Shown: positions 21,535 to 34,141, counted from the first letter of the stretch. The stretch: 64,000 nucleotides of DNA from Hyaloraphidium curvatum SAG 235-1 (GCA_025558095.1 JAIVFI010000009.1:124001-188000), one strand, 5' to 3'. Numbers and translations: made by a program. Notes: a model not told the origin generated them from the letters alone.

Positions 21535-23862
21535 TTAGAGCCTGCCCGCGCGGCTGTCCCTTTTCAGGTGCACCACGACGGGAGCAACATCGCCGCGCCG
21601 GTACGGAGCCACCAGCCCCCTCGCCATTAGCTCCTGCCCCGACATGATCCGCCGCGCGCCGCCGTAGTAGTAATCCAGCGAATACCTGGCGTCCGCGTCC
21701 AGCCCGTGCAGCCTGACCGTCGCATCCTTCTGGTTCGCCGAGCCCGAGGGCCGGTAGTGCAGCACCATGGCTTCCGATCGGTCCTTGGTCACGAACATCA
21801 CCGCGACCTCGTTGGACTTTGCGTGGGATCCGTACGGCGACCGCAGCCGGAACATGTCCCCCAGCTGCACGATGTGCCGGCGCTCCTTGAACCACGCCAC
21901 GTCCCTCGCGACCTCGTCCCACTCCTTGGCCGGCATCTTGGTCAGGTCCAGCTCGTATCCCAGCACGCCGGCCATCGCCACCGCCGTCCTGGCCCTGAGC
22001 GACGTCTGCCTCCCGGTCTGGTGGTTGGGCACCGCGCTCACGTGGCTCGACATCACCATCGCGGGCAGGAAGAGGCTCGCCCCGTGCTGTATCTCCAGGC
22101 GCGCCACGGCGTCCGTGTCGTCCGAGATCCAGTACTGCCCGAAGAAGCTCATGAGCGCGTAGTCGGACCGCCCGCCGCCGCCGGCGCAGCCTTCCCAGAT
22201 GATGTCGGGGAACGCAGAGGTGAGGCGGAAGAAGAGGGTGTAGACGCCGAGCACGTGCCGGTGCCTGTACCCTTCGTACCGGGCGTCCCGCTCGGATCCC
22301 CAGGCTTCCGCGGGGCCGGAGTGGGCAAACTGCCTGTTGCTGTCGACCTTGCAGTAGCTTATCCTCGCCGATCGCAGCACCGCCGAGATGGCGTCGAACA
22401 GGTGGTCGCGCACCTGCGGCAGCGACATGTCCAGGATGAGCTGGTTCCGGCCCTCGGTCCGCGGCCGGCCTGCGAACGAGAGGCACCAGTCCGGATGGGC
22501 GCGGTACAGGTCCGAATCGGGGGAGACCATCTCCGGCTCGAACCAGAGCCCGAAGGAGACCCCGCGGGCGTTGATCCTGTCCGCCAGGGGCGCCAGCCCG
22601 CCGGGAAGCTTCCTCCTGTCCACGAACCAGTCCCCCAGGCTCGAATTGTCGCTGTCCCTTTTGCCGAACCACCCGTCGTCGAGCACGAACAGCTCGATCC
22701 CCAGGTCGGCGGCCTTGTCCGCGATCTTCTCCAGCTTGGCCTGGTCGAAATCGAAGTACGTCGCCTCCCAGTTGTTGCACAGGATCGGCCTGACCCTCTC
22801 GGCGTACTGCGGCGGGATCACGGAATACCGCACGTGGTCGTGGAGCATCTGGCTGAGCGCCGTCAGCCCGCGGTCCGATTTGGCGAGCACCGCCTCGGGC
22901 GCCGAGAATTTGGCACCGGGGGCGAGCGTCCACGAGGCCACCTCGGCGTTCAGTCCGCCCTGCACCCGCACGCCCTCGTCCTCGTCCCGCTCGACCGACA
23001 AAGTCCAGTCGCCGCTGTAGGCGACCGCGAACGCCCACGCGTCGCCGGCGTATTCCGTCGTCGACGAATCGCACAGGTATATTCCGGGCCAGGACTGGTG
23101 CGAGGAGATGCCGTTGCGCGAGCGGGTCGAGAAATGGGAGGCGACGGGCTCGCGGACGAGGGAGAACTCGCGGGCCCAGGAGCCGCGCGTGCAAATCACG
23201 TCCGGGGGCGAGCCGGACGTGTTGCGGTCCAGCGAGGAGGACGACATGATGTCGACCGAGAAGGAGTAGGCGCGCGCGAGCCGGATCGGGTTCGTGGGGT
23301 TGGCGTTGACAAAAGTGACGTTCCGGAGGAGCACCGAATCTGCCGTGGAAAACACCGTGTAGTGAATGAGCACCCTGAGACCCGTGACGGCGTCCGAGAG
23401 CGCGATTTCCAGGGTCTCGGCCGCGGCACCGAGGGGCACCCTGCCTCCGGGCAGCACGCCCTCAGCTTCGGGCACCTTTTCGGCCAATCCGGCATGGATC
23501 CGGTGCGATTCGTAGACCAAGTCCAACGCCGGCTTCGTGCCGCCGCCCTCGAGGAGCTCGTAGGCCTTGAACGCGGGCGGGCGGAAGTCGCCGGCTTCGC
23601 CGTACGGGTACTCGAGCGGCAGCCTGTTGAGCGAGAATGGCGGGCCGGGATCGGTCCCCGGGATGGAGTACTCGCGCGGCTGCGCGGGAATCGCGTCCAA
23701 CACGAACGAATCGGGGTGGTGGGAGAGGTCGCCGAGCGGGGAGCCCCAGTGCACGAGGACGGGCCATTTGCCGTGGTAGAGGCCGACGACGTACTCCTGG
23801 CGCCCGGCGCGGATGCGGAAGATGCCGAGGCGCGCGTCGTGAGAGATCAGCGGCGATGCCAT
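21535..23862 (-). CDS. Alpha-galactosidase, glycoside hydrolase family 36; intronless, no signal peptide
   Basis: NNWEATYFDFD, ELFVLDDGWFGKRD, FGLWFEPEMVSPDSDLYRAHPDW, nucleophile region KVDSNR, EGCAGGGGRSD, acid/base WISDDTD, HVSAVPNHQTGR. Confidence 0.95.
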   Translation of the reverse strand: MASPLISHDARLGIFRIRAGRQEYVVGLYHGKWPVLVHWGSPLGDLSHHPDSFVLDAIPAQPREYSIPGTDPGPPFSLNRLPLEYPYGEAGDFRPPAFKAYELLEGGGTKPALDLVYESHRIHAGLAEKVPEAEGVLPGGRVPLGAAAETLEIALSDAVTGLRVLIHYTVFSTADSVLLRNVTFVNANPTNPIRLARAYSFSVDIMSSSSLDRNTSGSPPDVICTRGSWAREFSLVREPVASHFSTRSRNGISSHQSWPGIYLCDSSTTEYAGDAWAFAVAYSGDWTLSVERDEDEGVRVQGGLNAEVASWTLAPGAKFSAPEAVLAKSDRGLTALSQMLHDHVRYSVIPPQYAERVRPILCNNWEATYFDFDQAKLEKIADKAADLGIELFVLDDGWFGKRDSDNSSLGDWFVDRRKLPGGLAPLADRINARGVSFGLWFEPEMVSPDSDLYRAHPDWCLSFAGRPRTEGRNQLILDMSLPQVRDHLFDAISAVLRSARISYCKVDSNRQFAHSGPAEAWGSERDARYEGYRHRHVLGVYTLFFRLTSAFPDIIWEGCAGGGGRSDYALMSFFGQYWISDDTDAVARLEIQHGASLFLPAMVMSSHVSAVPNHQTGRQTSLRARTAVAMAGVLGYELDLTKMPAKEWDEVARDVAWFKERRHIVQLGDMFRLRSPYGSHAKSNEVAVMFVTKDRSEAMVLHYRPSGSANQKDATVRLHGLDADARYSLDYYYGGARRIMSGQELMARGLVAPYRRGDVAPVVVHLKRDSRAGRL

Positions 23863-24305
23863 GGCGAATGCGGCCTCAGAATGCGGTGGTGACGACGCGT
23901 CGACGGTCTCGACGGGGTTACTTGACTTGATCTGCACTCGTCCGATCACCCAAGATCTTCTGCGCCGGGATGGAAAGCTAAGAGATCCGAGAGCACGAGC
24001 TCGTCTTCCTTCTTCCTCGCTGTTGAGATGGGTCAATTGAGGAGCGTCTTTGCGGGTCCGAACAAGCATTCGAGGCTACAGGGGCCCATGGCAAGGATGC
24101 AGGCATCAAAGCAATCGGCAAAGTCCTGTTACGAAAGCATCCATCCTGTCTTTCGAGGTTGCTTCGGTGGCATTTCCTGCCGCTTGCCGGGGGTGGGCGA
24201 GAAATCGGTCATCCGCCGCCTGCCCGCCGCCCGTGCCCGTGTCGATCGGACTCCGAGGGCCGAGGACGGCATTCGCCCCCGGAATCCCCCGCGCATCCGG
24301 AGGCG

Positions 24306-27300
24306 ATGTCGCAGCAGGACACGATGGCGCTGCTGCGCAGCCTGCAGGCGGCGGGCGTCGGCGTCGGCGGCGGCGGCCTCGCGGGCGGCGGCGCGGTGTA
24401 CGGCGTGCCGCTCGCCGGCGCCGCGCACTTCGGGCAGTTCGCGCCGCCGCCGCAGCCGGACGTGTCGTCGGCGCAGCTCGCGCAGCTCATGTCGAACCCG
24501 GTGTTCCAGCGGATGGCGTCGCAGAACCAGCTGGCCGCGAGCCGCCAGGCCAGCCAGCAGGCCGCGCTGAACGCGGGCGCCCCCGGCATCGCGGCAAACA
24601 TCGCCGCTGGCATCGGCTCGGGCCTGGGAGCCAGCCTGGGTGCGAATGTGGCCGCCTCGTTGGGCAGCCTGGCCAGCATCGGGGGCCTGGGCAACCTCAA
24701 CATGGCGAGCCTCGCGAACCTGAGCGGCCTCGGCAATTTCGGACACTCGGTGGCCACGACCGCCGCCGGGGGGCCGCTGGGCATGGCCCCCATGGCCCCC
24801 GCCCCCGCATTCGCGTACCAGAACCAGCAGGCGTCCGTGCCCGGGTCGCAGCCCGCGTTCGGCATGCAGGTCAAGGTCGAACCCCAGCAGCACGCGGCCC
24901 AGGCAGGGCAAATCATCACGTCGCCCTACTCCGCGTTCCGGGACATGGCGCGGCCGCATCCCACGGAGCACGGCTGCCCGCACCTTTTCCAGCTCTTCCA
25001 GCAGCCCTCGCCCAACCGGCCCGCCGACGGGGAGGGCCCGCGGACGCGGAAGCAGGACCTGATGGACGACTACGCGGCCGCGGTGCGGTACAGCCTGACG
25101 TGCAGGTACCGTTCCGAGCTGAAGAGCGGGCTCGAGGCGAGGGCGGGGAGCGCGCGGAAGCGGAAGCTGGACGAGGACATGGACGAGGACGGGCATGCGA
25201 CGGACGAGATGCGGGAGAGGAGCAACCTCGAAAAGGCATACCGTGCCTTGGACAAGGTAAAGAGCAAGCGCTTCACCCGCAATCTGGCTAAATGATTCGG
25301 ACTTCGTCAGATCAAGGTTCCGTCGTGCTCGACATGCAAGGCTTGCGTCTCGAGGATCCATGCTTGCCTGGAGTGCACGGCAATGGGATGCTGGTCATCT
25401 GGCAAGGGCGGCGAGAACCATATCCGTTCCCATTTGGACCAGACGGGCCACACTTTCGGTCGGTTCCACCCTGGGTTTCGTTCCTGCCTTCGTCTCACGT
25501 CTTTGTTCCATTCCTTCAGCCCTGGACATGTCCGCGCACACCGTCTACTGCCGCCAGTGCCGCGACTACGTCTACGACGTGGAGCTCGAGCGCCTCCTCG
25601 CCCTCGAGCGCGTCGGCATGTCCGAATCCGTCGCCTTCCTCCTCTCCTCCCTCGCCCCCGGCGCCACCTCCTCGCAGGACACCCCCCTCTCCCCCTCCGC
25701 CTCGCGCAGCGCCTTGATCCCCCTCATCGCCTCCAAGCGGCACCGCTACTCCCCTCGCCCCCTGCCGACCCCGGCGAGCCTGCAGGCGGTGCGGCAGCAC
25801 TTCAAGCTCCCCCCGCAGTGCCCCCGTGGCCTGCGCGGGCTGCGCAACCTGGGGTCGACGTGCTTCATGAACGTGGTGCTGCAGACGGTGGTGCACAACC
25901 CGGTGCTGAGGAGCTGGTGGCTCGGGGACGGGCACAACGGCAAGACGTGCCCGAGGGGGAGGGACGGGGTGTGCATGGCGTGCCAGGTGGATTCGCTGTT
26001 CAGCCAGGTGGGAGCGTTTGCGAAGGGCGATGGTCGTTCGTTGACGGAGTCATCGGGCTCTTGCTCGGCGTGTTCCCACAGTTCTACTCGGGCATGAAGT
26101 ACCCCTTCGGCCCCTCCTCCTTCCTCCATGCGCTCTGGGTCTCGCAGATCCACCTGGCCGGCTACTCGCAGCAGGACGCGCACGAGTTCTTCATCTCCCT
26201 CCTGAACCAGCTCCACCTCGACCTCGCTCCCGGCCAGGGCGAGCGCCACCAGCCCGGGTGCCGCTGCATCGTGCACCAATCCTTCGGCGGCGTGCTGCAG
26301 TCGGACGTGCGCTGCGAGCGGTGCGGCGGGACGACCACGGCGTGGGACCCGATTTTGGACCTGAGCCTGGAGCTCAAGGGGCTCGCCAGGCCCGGCGGCG
26401 CGCCCGTCAACCTGGACGACCCCGGCGCGCCGCCCCCGGCGCTCACGCTGGCCGAGTGCCTCGACCGGTTCACGCACCCCGAGCGCCTCTCCGCGGGATC
26501 ATACACCTGCACGCGCTGCGGATCCAACAACGGCGGCGCGACCAAGCAGATGTCCGTGCGCACGCTCCCGCAGGTCCTGGGGATCCAGTTCAAGCGGTTC
26601 GAGCACCGCTTGGGCCACGTGTCGGTGCCCGGCAAGCCGGCCAAGGTCAAGGGCGAGGGGCGCAAGGTGGACACGTACGTGCGGGTGCCGGTCAAGCTGG
26701 ACATGGAGGGGTACACGGCGGCGGCGGTGCGCAGGCGGAGGCAGAGGTCCGACGCGATTGCGCCGTCGGTAGGGCCCATGTCGCCGCTCATGTCGCCGAC
26801 GGCGTCGCCGGCGTCGATGGCCTGGGCGGCGACGGGGAGGAAGGCCGGGGAGGAGCGCGAGGGGGGGAGGGTGCATCCGGATCCGGGGTACCAGTACTCG
26901 CTGTTCGCCGTCATCGAGCACATCGGCAAGCTGGATTCGGGGCACTACCGGGCCTACGTCAAGAGCCGCGGGCAGGTTCGTCGTTTGGCAATCCGACGTC
27001 GGTGCTGTGGCCTGACTTGCCCTTCTCGCACAACAGTGGTTTGCGTTCGATGACCACGTCGTCACCCTCACGTCGCAGAAGCACGTCTTGGACTGCAAGG
27101 CCTACATGACGTTCTACGTCAAGGACACCTTCGATTTCGGCGACGAACCGGAACCGCTGCCGGAGAAGCTGTCGCCGCTGCAGCAGTTCCTCCCCCAGGC
27201 GCCGATCGTCTTGGACGACGACGACGACGACCTGCTGCCCATGCAGTCGCACGGCTCTGTCACGACCGGGCACGTGCTCCTCAACACCCCTCCCCCCGGA

Positions 27301-27759
27301 CCGGTGCCGATCCACCGCTCGCCGAGCACCGTGTCCTCGGGTGGCGCGCGGCCGTTGCCCAAGGTCACGATCCTCCCCCCGGCACCCCCCAGGAACGGAA
27401 TGGATCCCAGCAAGAAGCCAAAGGTGGCGCCCTCCCCCTCCCCGATGCCTTCCATGGCTGGCAAGACCCTGCCTGGCTACGTGCCGGGCGCCAGCATGGT
27501 GCCTCCGCCGACTGGCACCTTCTCGCCCTCCCCGGGCACGCCTCCGGGCCGCGTGGGGATGAGCCCCGGCACGCCACCGTCCCAGGGTGCCAAGAACGGG
27601 ACGGTGAAGAGCACGGGCAACTCGCCCGTCTCGACGGGGCCCAAGTCGGGCAGGGCGTCGCCGATGGTGCCGCCGCCGCCGGTCAGGCAGATGTCGGAGG
27701 AGGAACTGGCGGCGCAGCAGTGGAGCGCGGTGATCCAGAGCAAGAATAAGAAGATCTGA
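24306..27759 (+). CDS. UBP8: Ubiquitin-specific protease Ubp8/USP22 (SAGA DUB module) with a long Ala/Gly/Gln-rich N-terminal extension, multi-exon
   Basis: ZnF-UBP (GCPHL; CSTC..IHACLEC..GCW..HIRSH; YCRQCRDYVYD), Cys box GLRNLGSTCFMN, QQDAHEF, CIVHQSFGG, KRFEH, His box HIGKLDSGHY, AYMTFY. Confidence 0.9.
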
Positions 27760-27852
27760 ACGGACTTTGATACCCTCGACGACACGTGCAGATGAACCTC
27801 TGTCACATCACTCAAATGTGTACATCTTCAAGACAACTACACTCGATCTAGA

Positions 27853-29039
27853 TCAATCTTTGTTGGCAACGGGCCCGTCCGGCCGCGGAACAAAGACGCC
27901 TCCGTCTTTGGCGATCAGCGCCACAGTCTCCGGTTCGATTGAGGCCAGGAAGTCCGCGACCGTCTTCTTAGGCTTCCAGCCCAGGGCGCGCGAGCGGTCG
28001 GCGTGGCACCGGGAGTTGGTTCCAAGGTATGGCGACCTGCTCATTTCATCAGTACGATATCCCTACAGCAGCGGGATAACAACGCACCCGAAGTACTTCA
28101 TGATCTCGGCTTCCGAGAACGTGGTCACCTCGTCCGTCGAGCTCCGTCCGAGCTTCTTCATGGCCTTGCCGATCTCGACTGAGACGTCTTTCATGACGTG
28201 CTCGCCGTTCTCGAGGAAGTAGAAGCCGTCGCGCCCTGTGGCTGTCTCGCCCTTCAGGGCTTTCTCGAGAATCACGATGTAGCCGTCGGCGCAGTCGTCG
28301 ATGTGGACGTCGGCTGAAAGGACTATCAGCGACTGTTCAGGTTCGCGACACTAGACAACTCACGCCAGTGATTCAGCCCCTCACCGACCATTCCGGCCTG
28401 CTTCCGGTCCAGCGACGCCCTGATGAGGGTCGGAATCTGTATGCTGTGGGGGTTCGCGATACCCTTTTCGTAGACGATGCCGGACGCGACGCCGTAGATC
28501 GTGCAGGGCAGGATGATGTGTGTCTTGACGTGTCCTTTCTTACCGACGGCGACGATCTCGAGATCCACATCCCGGTGCGGCTGCGTGTCCTTCAGGGACT
28601 CGATGAGCGGAATGTCCAGGTCCGAGTAGATCTTGTACTCGGGGACCGGAGCTTCTCCGGGATGGTCTTTGATCATGACCAGGACGCCGGTGCCGCTGGT
28701 GTGCAGGAGGATGGGGGGAGTGGGCCGCTTCTCCATTCCCTTCAGAATCGCCTTCGCTGCGACCATGTGGTCCGCGTGGGCCGTGTGGATGACGAGGTCC
28801 ATCTTCGAACAAATATCCTCGATCTTGTCCGCATCGGAGAGCGAGCCGATGAGCGGTGTGCAGTGCGGGAGCTCAGAAATGAGCTTCGCCTTCTCGGGCG
28901 ACCGCACGAGCGCGGTTATCTCGTATGTGTAGCCGTGCTCCGGATCCTCATTCAGCGCGAGCAGCCTGTTGAGGACTGATCCACCAATGTATCCCGTCGC
29001 GCCCGTGAAGAACGTCGGAATCGTCTTCCTCGGCGCCAT
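27853..29039 (-). CDS. NAD(P)-dependent epimerase/dehydratase-like (atypical SDR), multi-exon
   Basis: FFTGATGYIGGSVL, LHTSGTGV, NPHSIQIP, VHIDDCADGY, LGTNSR...SRALGWKP. Confidence 0.88.
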
Positions 29040-29214
29040 CTGGCCTGTGTATGCCTAGATCGAAGAAAGAGGTTCGACCGGTCGCGACACAAAAGACTAA
29101 AACGCGTCACAATGCGAACAGCGAGCGTGCCGGGATCAGTGCGGTCACGGAGATCGTCGGACCGCGGGTTTCTGAGAATAAGGCCGCGTCGCATTGTTTA
29201 CACTTGCAGGTGCG

Positions 29215-30790
29215 ATGGCGGAGGCCGAGATCTACGGCGATGGCTTCTTCGATCTGCAAAAGGGGCCGTCTGAATCGTTGGAGGCGACTTCTCCGGCCGC
29301 GACTGCGGAGCCCGTCGCGGGAAAGGTCGAAGGAGCTCCGGACAAAGCTGCCTCTGGCGACGGGAATGAGGCCACATCTGCTCCTCCGGAAAAGGAACAA
29401 CCGAAGCCGGCTCGGAAACGATTTGTTGGCGCAGGGAGATCGACCCGGACAGCTCAGCCGGACGGGGTCGCGTCGATAGAGGACTCGACCACCCTGACGG
29501 CTGCCCCGCGGCCCAAGGCCGCACCCCGGCTGGCCTCATCCGTGCCGGCATCGATTCTGGAGAATGCCCAGCTGAACGAGGCCATTGCGGTGCTGCCAAA
29601 GAACTACAACTTTGAGATCCACAAGTCGATCCATGCCATCCAGATGGCCGGGGCGAAACGCGTGGCACTGCAGATGCCCGAGGGGCTCCTGATGTACGCG
29701 TGCACGATCGTCGACATCCTCTCAGGCTTTGCGGGTGTGGAGTGCGTTGTTCTCGGGGACGTGACCTACGGAGCGTGCTGCGTGGACGACTACACGGCTG
29801 TGGCCGCGGGCTGCGACTTTCTCATTCATTACGGACATTCGTGCCTTGTTCCCGTCAGCGTAACCAAGATCAAGGCACTCTACGTCTTTGTGGACATCCA
29901 GATAGACCTGCCGCACTTTGTGGAGACGATGAAGCTTAACTTTGTGGACGCCAAAACTGGCAAGGGCGGCAGAGTCGTGATGGTTGCGACGATTCAGTTC
30001 ATTGCGAGCCTCCAGGTGGGATTTCTCGAGTCGCGCTTCTTTTGCACTGCTGATGGCGATTCACCAGCTGGCGAAACCGCTTCTTGAACCCTTCTTCGAA
30101 CTGCTCTACGTTCCGCAGACGCGCCCGTTGTCTCCTGGAGAGCTGTTGGGCTGCACTTCGCCGGTGCTGCCAAGCTCGATCAACCCGGACTTTGTCATCT
30201 ACTTGGGTGACGGCCGCTTTCACCTGGAATCGATGATGATCCACAACCCGGATCTGGCCTACTACCAGTACGACCCGTACGGACGGACCATCACCCGGGA
30301 GTACTACGACCACGGCGCCATGAAGTCGTTGCGCCTCGGCGCCATCGAGCAGGCCAAGAAGAACGGCCGATCGTGGGGCCTGATTCTCGGAACCCTGGGC
30401 CGCCAGGGAAACCCGAACGTCTACGCGCACATCAAGTCCCAGCTGGACGCCCGACAGCTTCCCCACACCACCATCCTCCTTTCCGAGATCAGCCCGGCAA
30501 AGCTGGCGAATTTTGCCGACATCGACGTCTTTGTGCAGACCTCGTGCCCCCGTCTTTCGATCGATTGGGGCCACCAGTATCCGAAGCCGCTTCTGAGCCC
30601 CTACGAGGCGAGCGTCGTGCTGGGCAGCGCCGAGTGGAAGGAGCGGTACCCGATGGACTACTACTCCAAGGAGAGCTCAGGGCCTTGGACTCCTTACTGG
30701 GATCCGAAGCGCGCGGAGCAGGAGGCAGAGCGGAGGGCGAAGAGGGAGGCGAGATCGGCGGAAAGGGCTTCGCTGGTCCAGGATTCTTGA
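29215..30790 (+). CDS. DPH1: Diphthamide biosynthesis protein 1 (intron ~30016-30067)
   Basis: [87 protein letters not shown]. Confidence 0.97.
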
Positions 30791-30958
30791 TATCCAGCTT
30801 TGCTCTTTTGGATTAGAGCTTCGACCTCGAATCCGAGCTCACATCGCGATTCCTTGCGGTCCGATTTGATCTTCGGGGGCCTTTCGCGGGTCAACTCCGG
30901 CTCGACTCCCATTTCTCAAAACCTCGAGACACAGCGCGAGCACAGCGTCAGCTGCTTT

Positions 30959-31727
30959 ATGAGCCTGCGTGCTCTGCTTTCTCAGCAGTCACTCGGACTC
31001 TCCCGAAGCCTTTCCGTCCTTCCCGCGCAACGAGCTCTCTCGTTCCTGTCTCCCGCTCCCGCTCGGCTCCACATCGCATCGTCGCCTTCTAGCGCCAATC
31101 GGCGCTCTTTCCACGTTTCCTGCACAATGTCGGCCCCGAAAGCTGCCAAGAGCGAGTCGGAATGGCGCGCGGTCCTCACGCCCGCCCAGTTCAAAATTCT
31201 GCGCGAGAAGGGTACAGAACCTGCCTACACCGGCGAGTACGACAAGCACTACCCGAAGCAAGGTACAAGACGCTTGCAGGAGTCCTCCGGGATGTGCTGA
31301 AACGCTTCTTCTAGGCGTCTACGCTTGCGCGGGCTGCGGAACACCACTCTACACTGCCAATACCAAGTTCAACAGCGGATGCGGCTGGCCGGCCTTCTTT
31401 GACGCGATTCCCGGTGCTGTATCGCGCCACGAGGACAACTCTTTTGGTATGAGGCGCGTGGAGATCACCTGCACCGCGTGTGGTGGCCACCTTGGGTGCG
31501 TGGAGTTCCGCCAGCGTACTGGAAGATCCACTGACGCAGATCTTCCCTTGAAGGCACGTTTTTGAGGGAGAGGGCTTCCCGACGCCCACGGACGAGCGTC
31601 ACTGTGTCAACTCCGTAGGGATCTCCCTGTTCTGGACCTAGCCAGGGCGAAAGAAACTGACGTCGTTGTGCCTCGCAACCAGATCTCGCTCAAGTTCCAC
31701 GAGGACGCTCCCAAACCCTCCGCATAG
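30959..31727 (+). CDS. msrB: Peptide-methionine (R)-S-oxide reductase MsrB (3 introns); upstream in-frame ATG adds a mitochondrial-type presequence, second ATG at 31127
   Basis: EWRAVLTPAQFKILREKGTE, YACAGCGTPLY, KFNSGCGWPAF, EITCTACGGHLG|HVFEGEG, ERHCVNS. Confidence 0.95.
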
Positions 31728-31806
31728 TTGCTGTCGATCTGTGTCATTCATTTCTTGATTTCAACACGAGTAATCAACATCGAAGTTCATTCTTGGGTAT
31801 CGCTGC

Positions 31807-32792
31807 TCATTGGCGGAACACCGGCGGCCGATGCTGCCGATTCCGCTGTATCCTGTCCGCCAACCATTCCACCGCCTCCTTGACGTTCTCCCTGTTGGTT
31901 CCCCCCAAATGAGCACCATTCCGACCTCCGTGGGAAGGAGACTCACCCCGTCAAGGCACTAACGCCCCGCACGGCGCTCTCCCTGGCACCGAGCCGAAGC
32001 GCAATCCGGTTGAACACCTCCTTGATCTCGTGAACCTTGAGAGAGTTCGGCAGGTCCTGCTTGTTGGCGAGGACGATGATTGGGACACCCTCGGTCGTGT
32101 CCGAAGTGATAATCTTCTCTGTATATGTCATGATCAGTTAAGATGTGGCCAGATTCCGAGCTGCAGTTGCCAAAGAGTGCCCACCGAACGCAACACGGCA
32201 TTCCTCTAACCGTTCCGCATCCCCGGAATCAATCACAAAGACGACGCCGTGGCTCTCGGCGTAGTACTTTTCCCACAAACTCCGGAGGTCGCGCTGGCCC
32301 CCGAGGTCCCAGAAGTTCAAACGGGATCGGCCATCGGCGAGAGAGATCTTCCCGACTGCGGGCGGGCGAGTCGTAAGGCGTTTCGCTGCGCCAAACCAGA
32401 CCTGTTGCCTACTGTTCAATCCCACAGTGGGCGCTATCTTCTCGGGCGGTATCCCTGGCGTCCCGGAGAAGATCGACTTGATCTTTTCCAGCAGCGTCTG
32501 CGAAGTGAGAGGTGGGAATTAGTGAACCACAGATGTCGTGTTCCCCTTGGGGCCGTGAAGGCGCCAAATCGCTCCGCAGCGAGCCCAAGTAGGCAACAAG
32601 GCGAACGAAGAGCACCAAAAGGTGGTCCAGTCCGATACTGGGCTCCGTGCTCGCCTCTCGGAACTTCGCCTTCGGGTCTCCAACTGAAGGTCCACGCACC
32701 GTCTTGCCCGCGTTGTCCAGTCCGAGAATGATGACATAGTACTCCTCCTTCTGCGTCAGGTGCTTGTAGAGCCCCGAAAAAAGCGTGTACAT
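31807..32792 (-). CDS. ARFRP1: ARF-related small GTPase ARFRP1 / yeast Arl3, multi-exon
   Basis: MYTLFSGLYKHLTQKEEYYVIILGLDNAGKT, PTVGLN, FWDLGGQRDLRSLWEKYY, LANKQD, VSALTG. Confidence 0.95.
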
Positions 32793-33002
32793 CGTCCGAT
32801 TCCGACGCGGCGCCGCCGAGCGAGTTACGAGCGCGTCCGGCCGGCTCTACGGTGAGCCCGGCCACGGGCGCCTCATGTACCGTTCCGTTTCGAGGTTCCC
32901 CGTGCCCTCTGACTAGCGGCAGGGCCACGCCCGTGGTGGTTGTGAAGAGCGCGTGATCGCGGCCGCGCGACGCGTCTCGTCGGAACTTGGAACTCCGTCG
33001 CG

Positions 33003-33927
33003 ATGTCCTACAGAGTCGCAGGCTTCGCGACCAAAGCCGGGAGGAGGCTGAAGGAGGCCGAGCATTTCGTCACGACGGAGATCCGCGCCGTCCCGCCGTG
33101 GTCGATTCTGAAGGACCCGCTGGGCCACCTCCTCCCGTTCTACGGCTCGACGCGACCGTTCCCGCCCCCAATACCCCTTCTCGGCGGCGAGACGACACCG
33201 CGGTTACGCGCTGCCGGAGATCGACCCCACTACGAGCGGCCGCGTTACATTCCGTTCCAGTCTTCCGCGAGCCCCATCGTCGATCGCGAAGCGGTCGTGC
33301 GGAGGCCGGCAGACGAAACGGGACCGGGCTTGGTCGGGGAGAGGGACCCTGGGGACCTGCTGAGGACCTACTACAGGCGGCCTTCCTGGGTTTGGGCCGC
33401 CGTTGGTGTCGTCGGACTGTTCGTGGGAGGTGGGTCTAGTTTGACCCGCCAGTGAAGCCATTGCTGGCGACTGATTCGAGGCCGTTTGCCAATCCTCGAT
33501 AACAGCTCTCGTGTACAGGAGGTCTCCGTTCTCTTCACTTGGCCAGGACAGCGCGAAGCAGCAGCGTCAGGAGATCCGAGAGCTGGCCCAGATCGTTGCA
33601 GCGTCCAAGGCGCGGGAAGCCCATTATTCTGAAGCAGAGCGCGCAGCTGCCATCGTTTCGACCGAAGCCGTGGTCGAGGACACTGGAGTCGGCGGCAACC
33701 AGTCTTCTTTAACAAATGCGGCCGACTTGGCGGTTACAAGTGCCTCGATCGGGGCCAACGGTGACAGTGCCGAGTCAGAGGATGGTTTGCGAGTTTCTGT
33801 GATACCCGTGCACGATGTTTCGGGCTCAGAAGAGGGGCGGGAGGGCGACGAGGAGAAGGTCGGCTGGGTCATCGTAGACTCGAGCACGATCCCGCCATCC
33901 GAGGAAGAGATCTTTGGCAAGGATTGA
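33003..33927 (+). CDS. Hypothetical single-pass membrane protein (intron ~33430-33504)
   Basis: ORFs 33003..33455 and 33511..33927 join via gtgggt...ctgat...taacag; hydrophobic stretch WVWAAVGVVGLFVG. Confidence 0.55.
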
Positions 33928-34141
33928 TGCCATGCTTGTACTCTTCTTTCTGATTCATTCTTTGTCCCTTTCTGAAGAGCGATGACAGCACGGTGGGAGA
34001 CGTCACCGCCTCGTGCTGGGCCCCGGCGCCGCCAACGCAAACACGGAATCGTCGCGCCACAGCGCTCAGCAAGCCGCTGCCGTGGCATATGAGCGGGCGC
34101 TACTGGGCCTCTCCGTCTACTTTCGCATTTGCTTCGCGACG

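Noticed and set aside
31590-31615. Possible selenocysteine in MsrB, since some early-diverging fungi use Sec
   Set aside because: The catalytic codon is TGT (RHCVNS), and no modelled gene needed an in-frame TGA.
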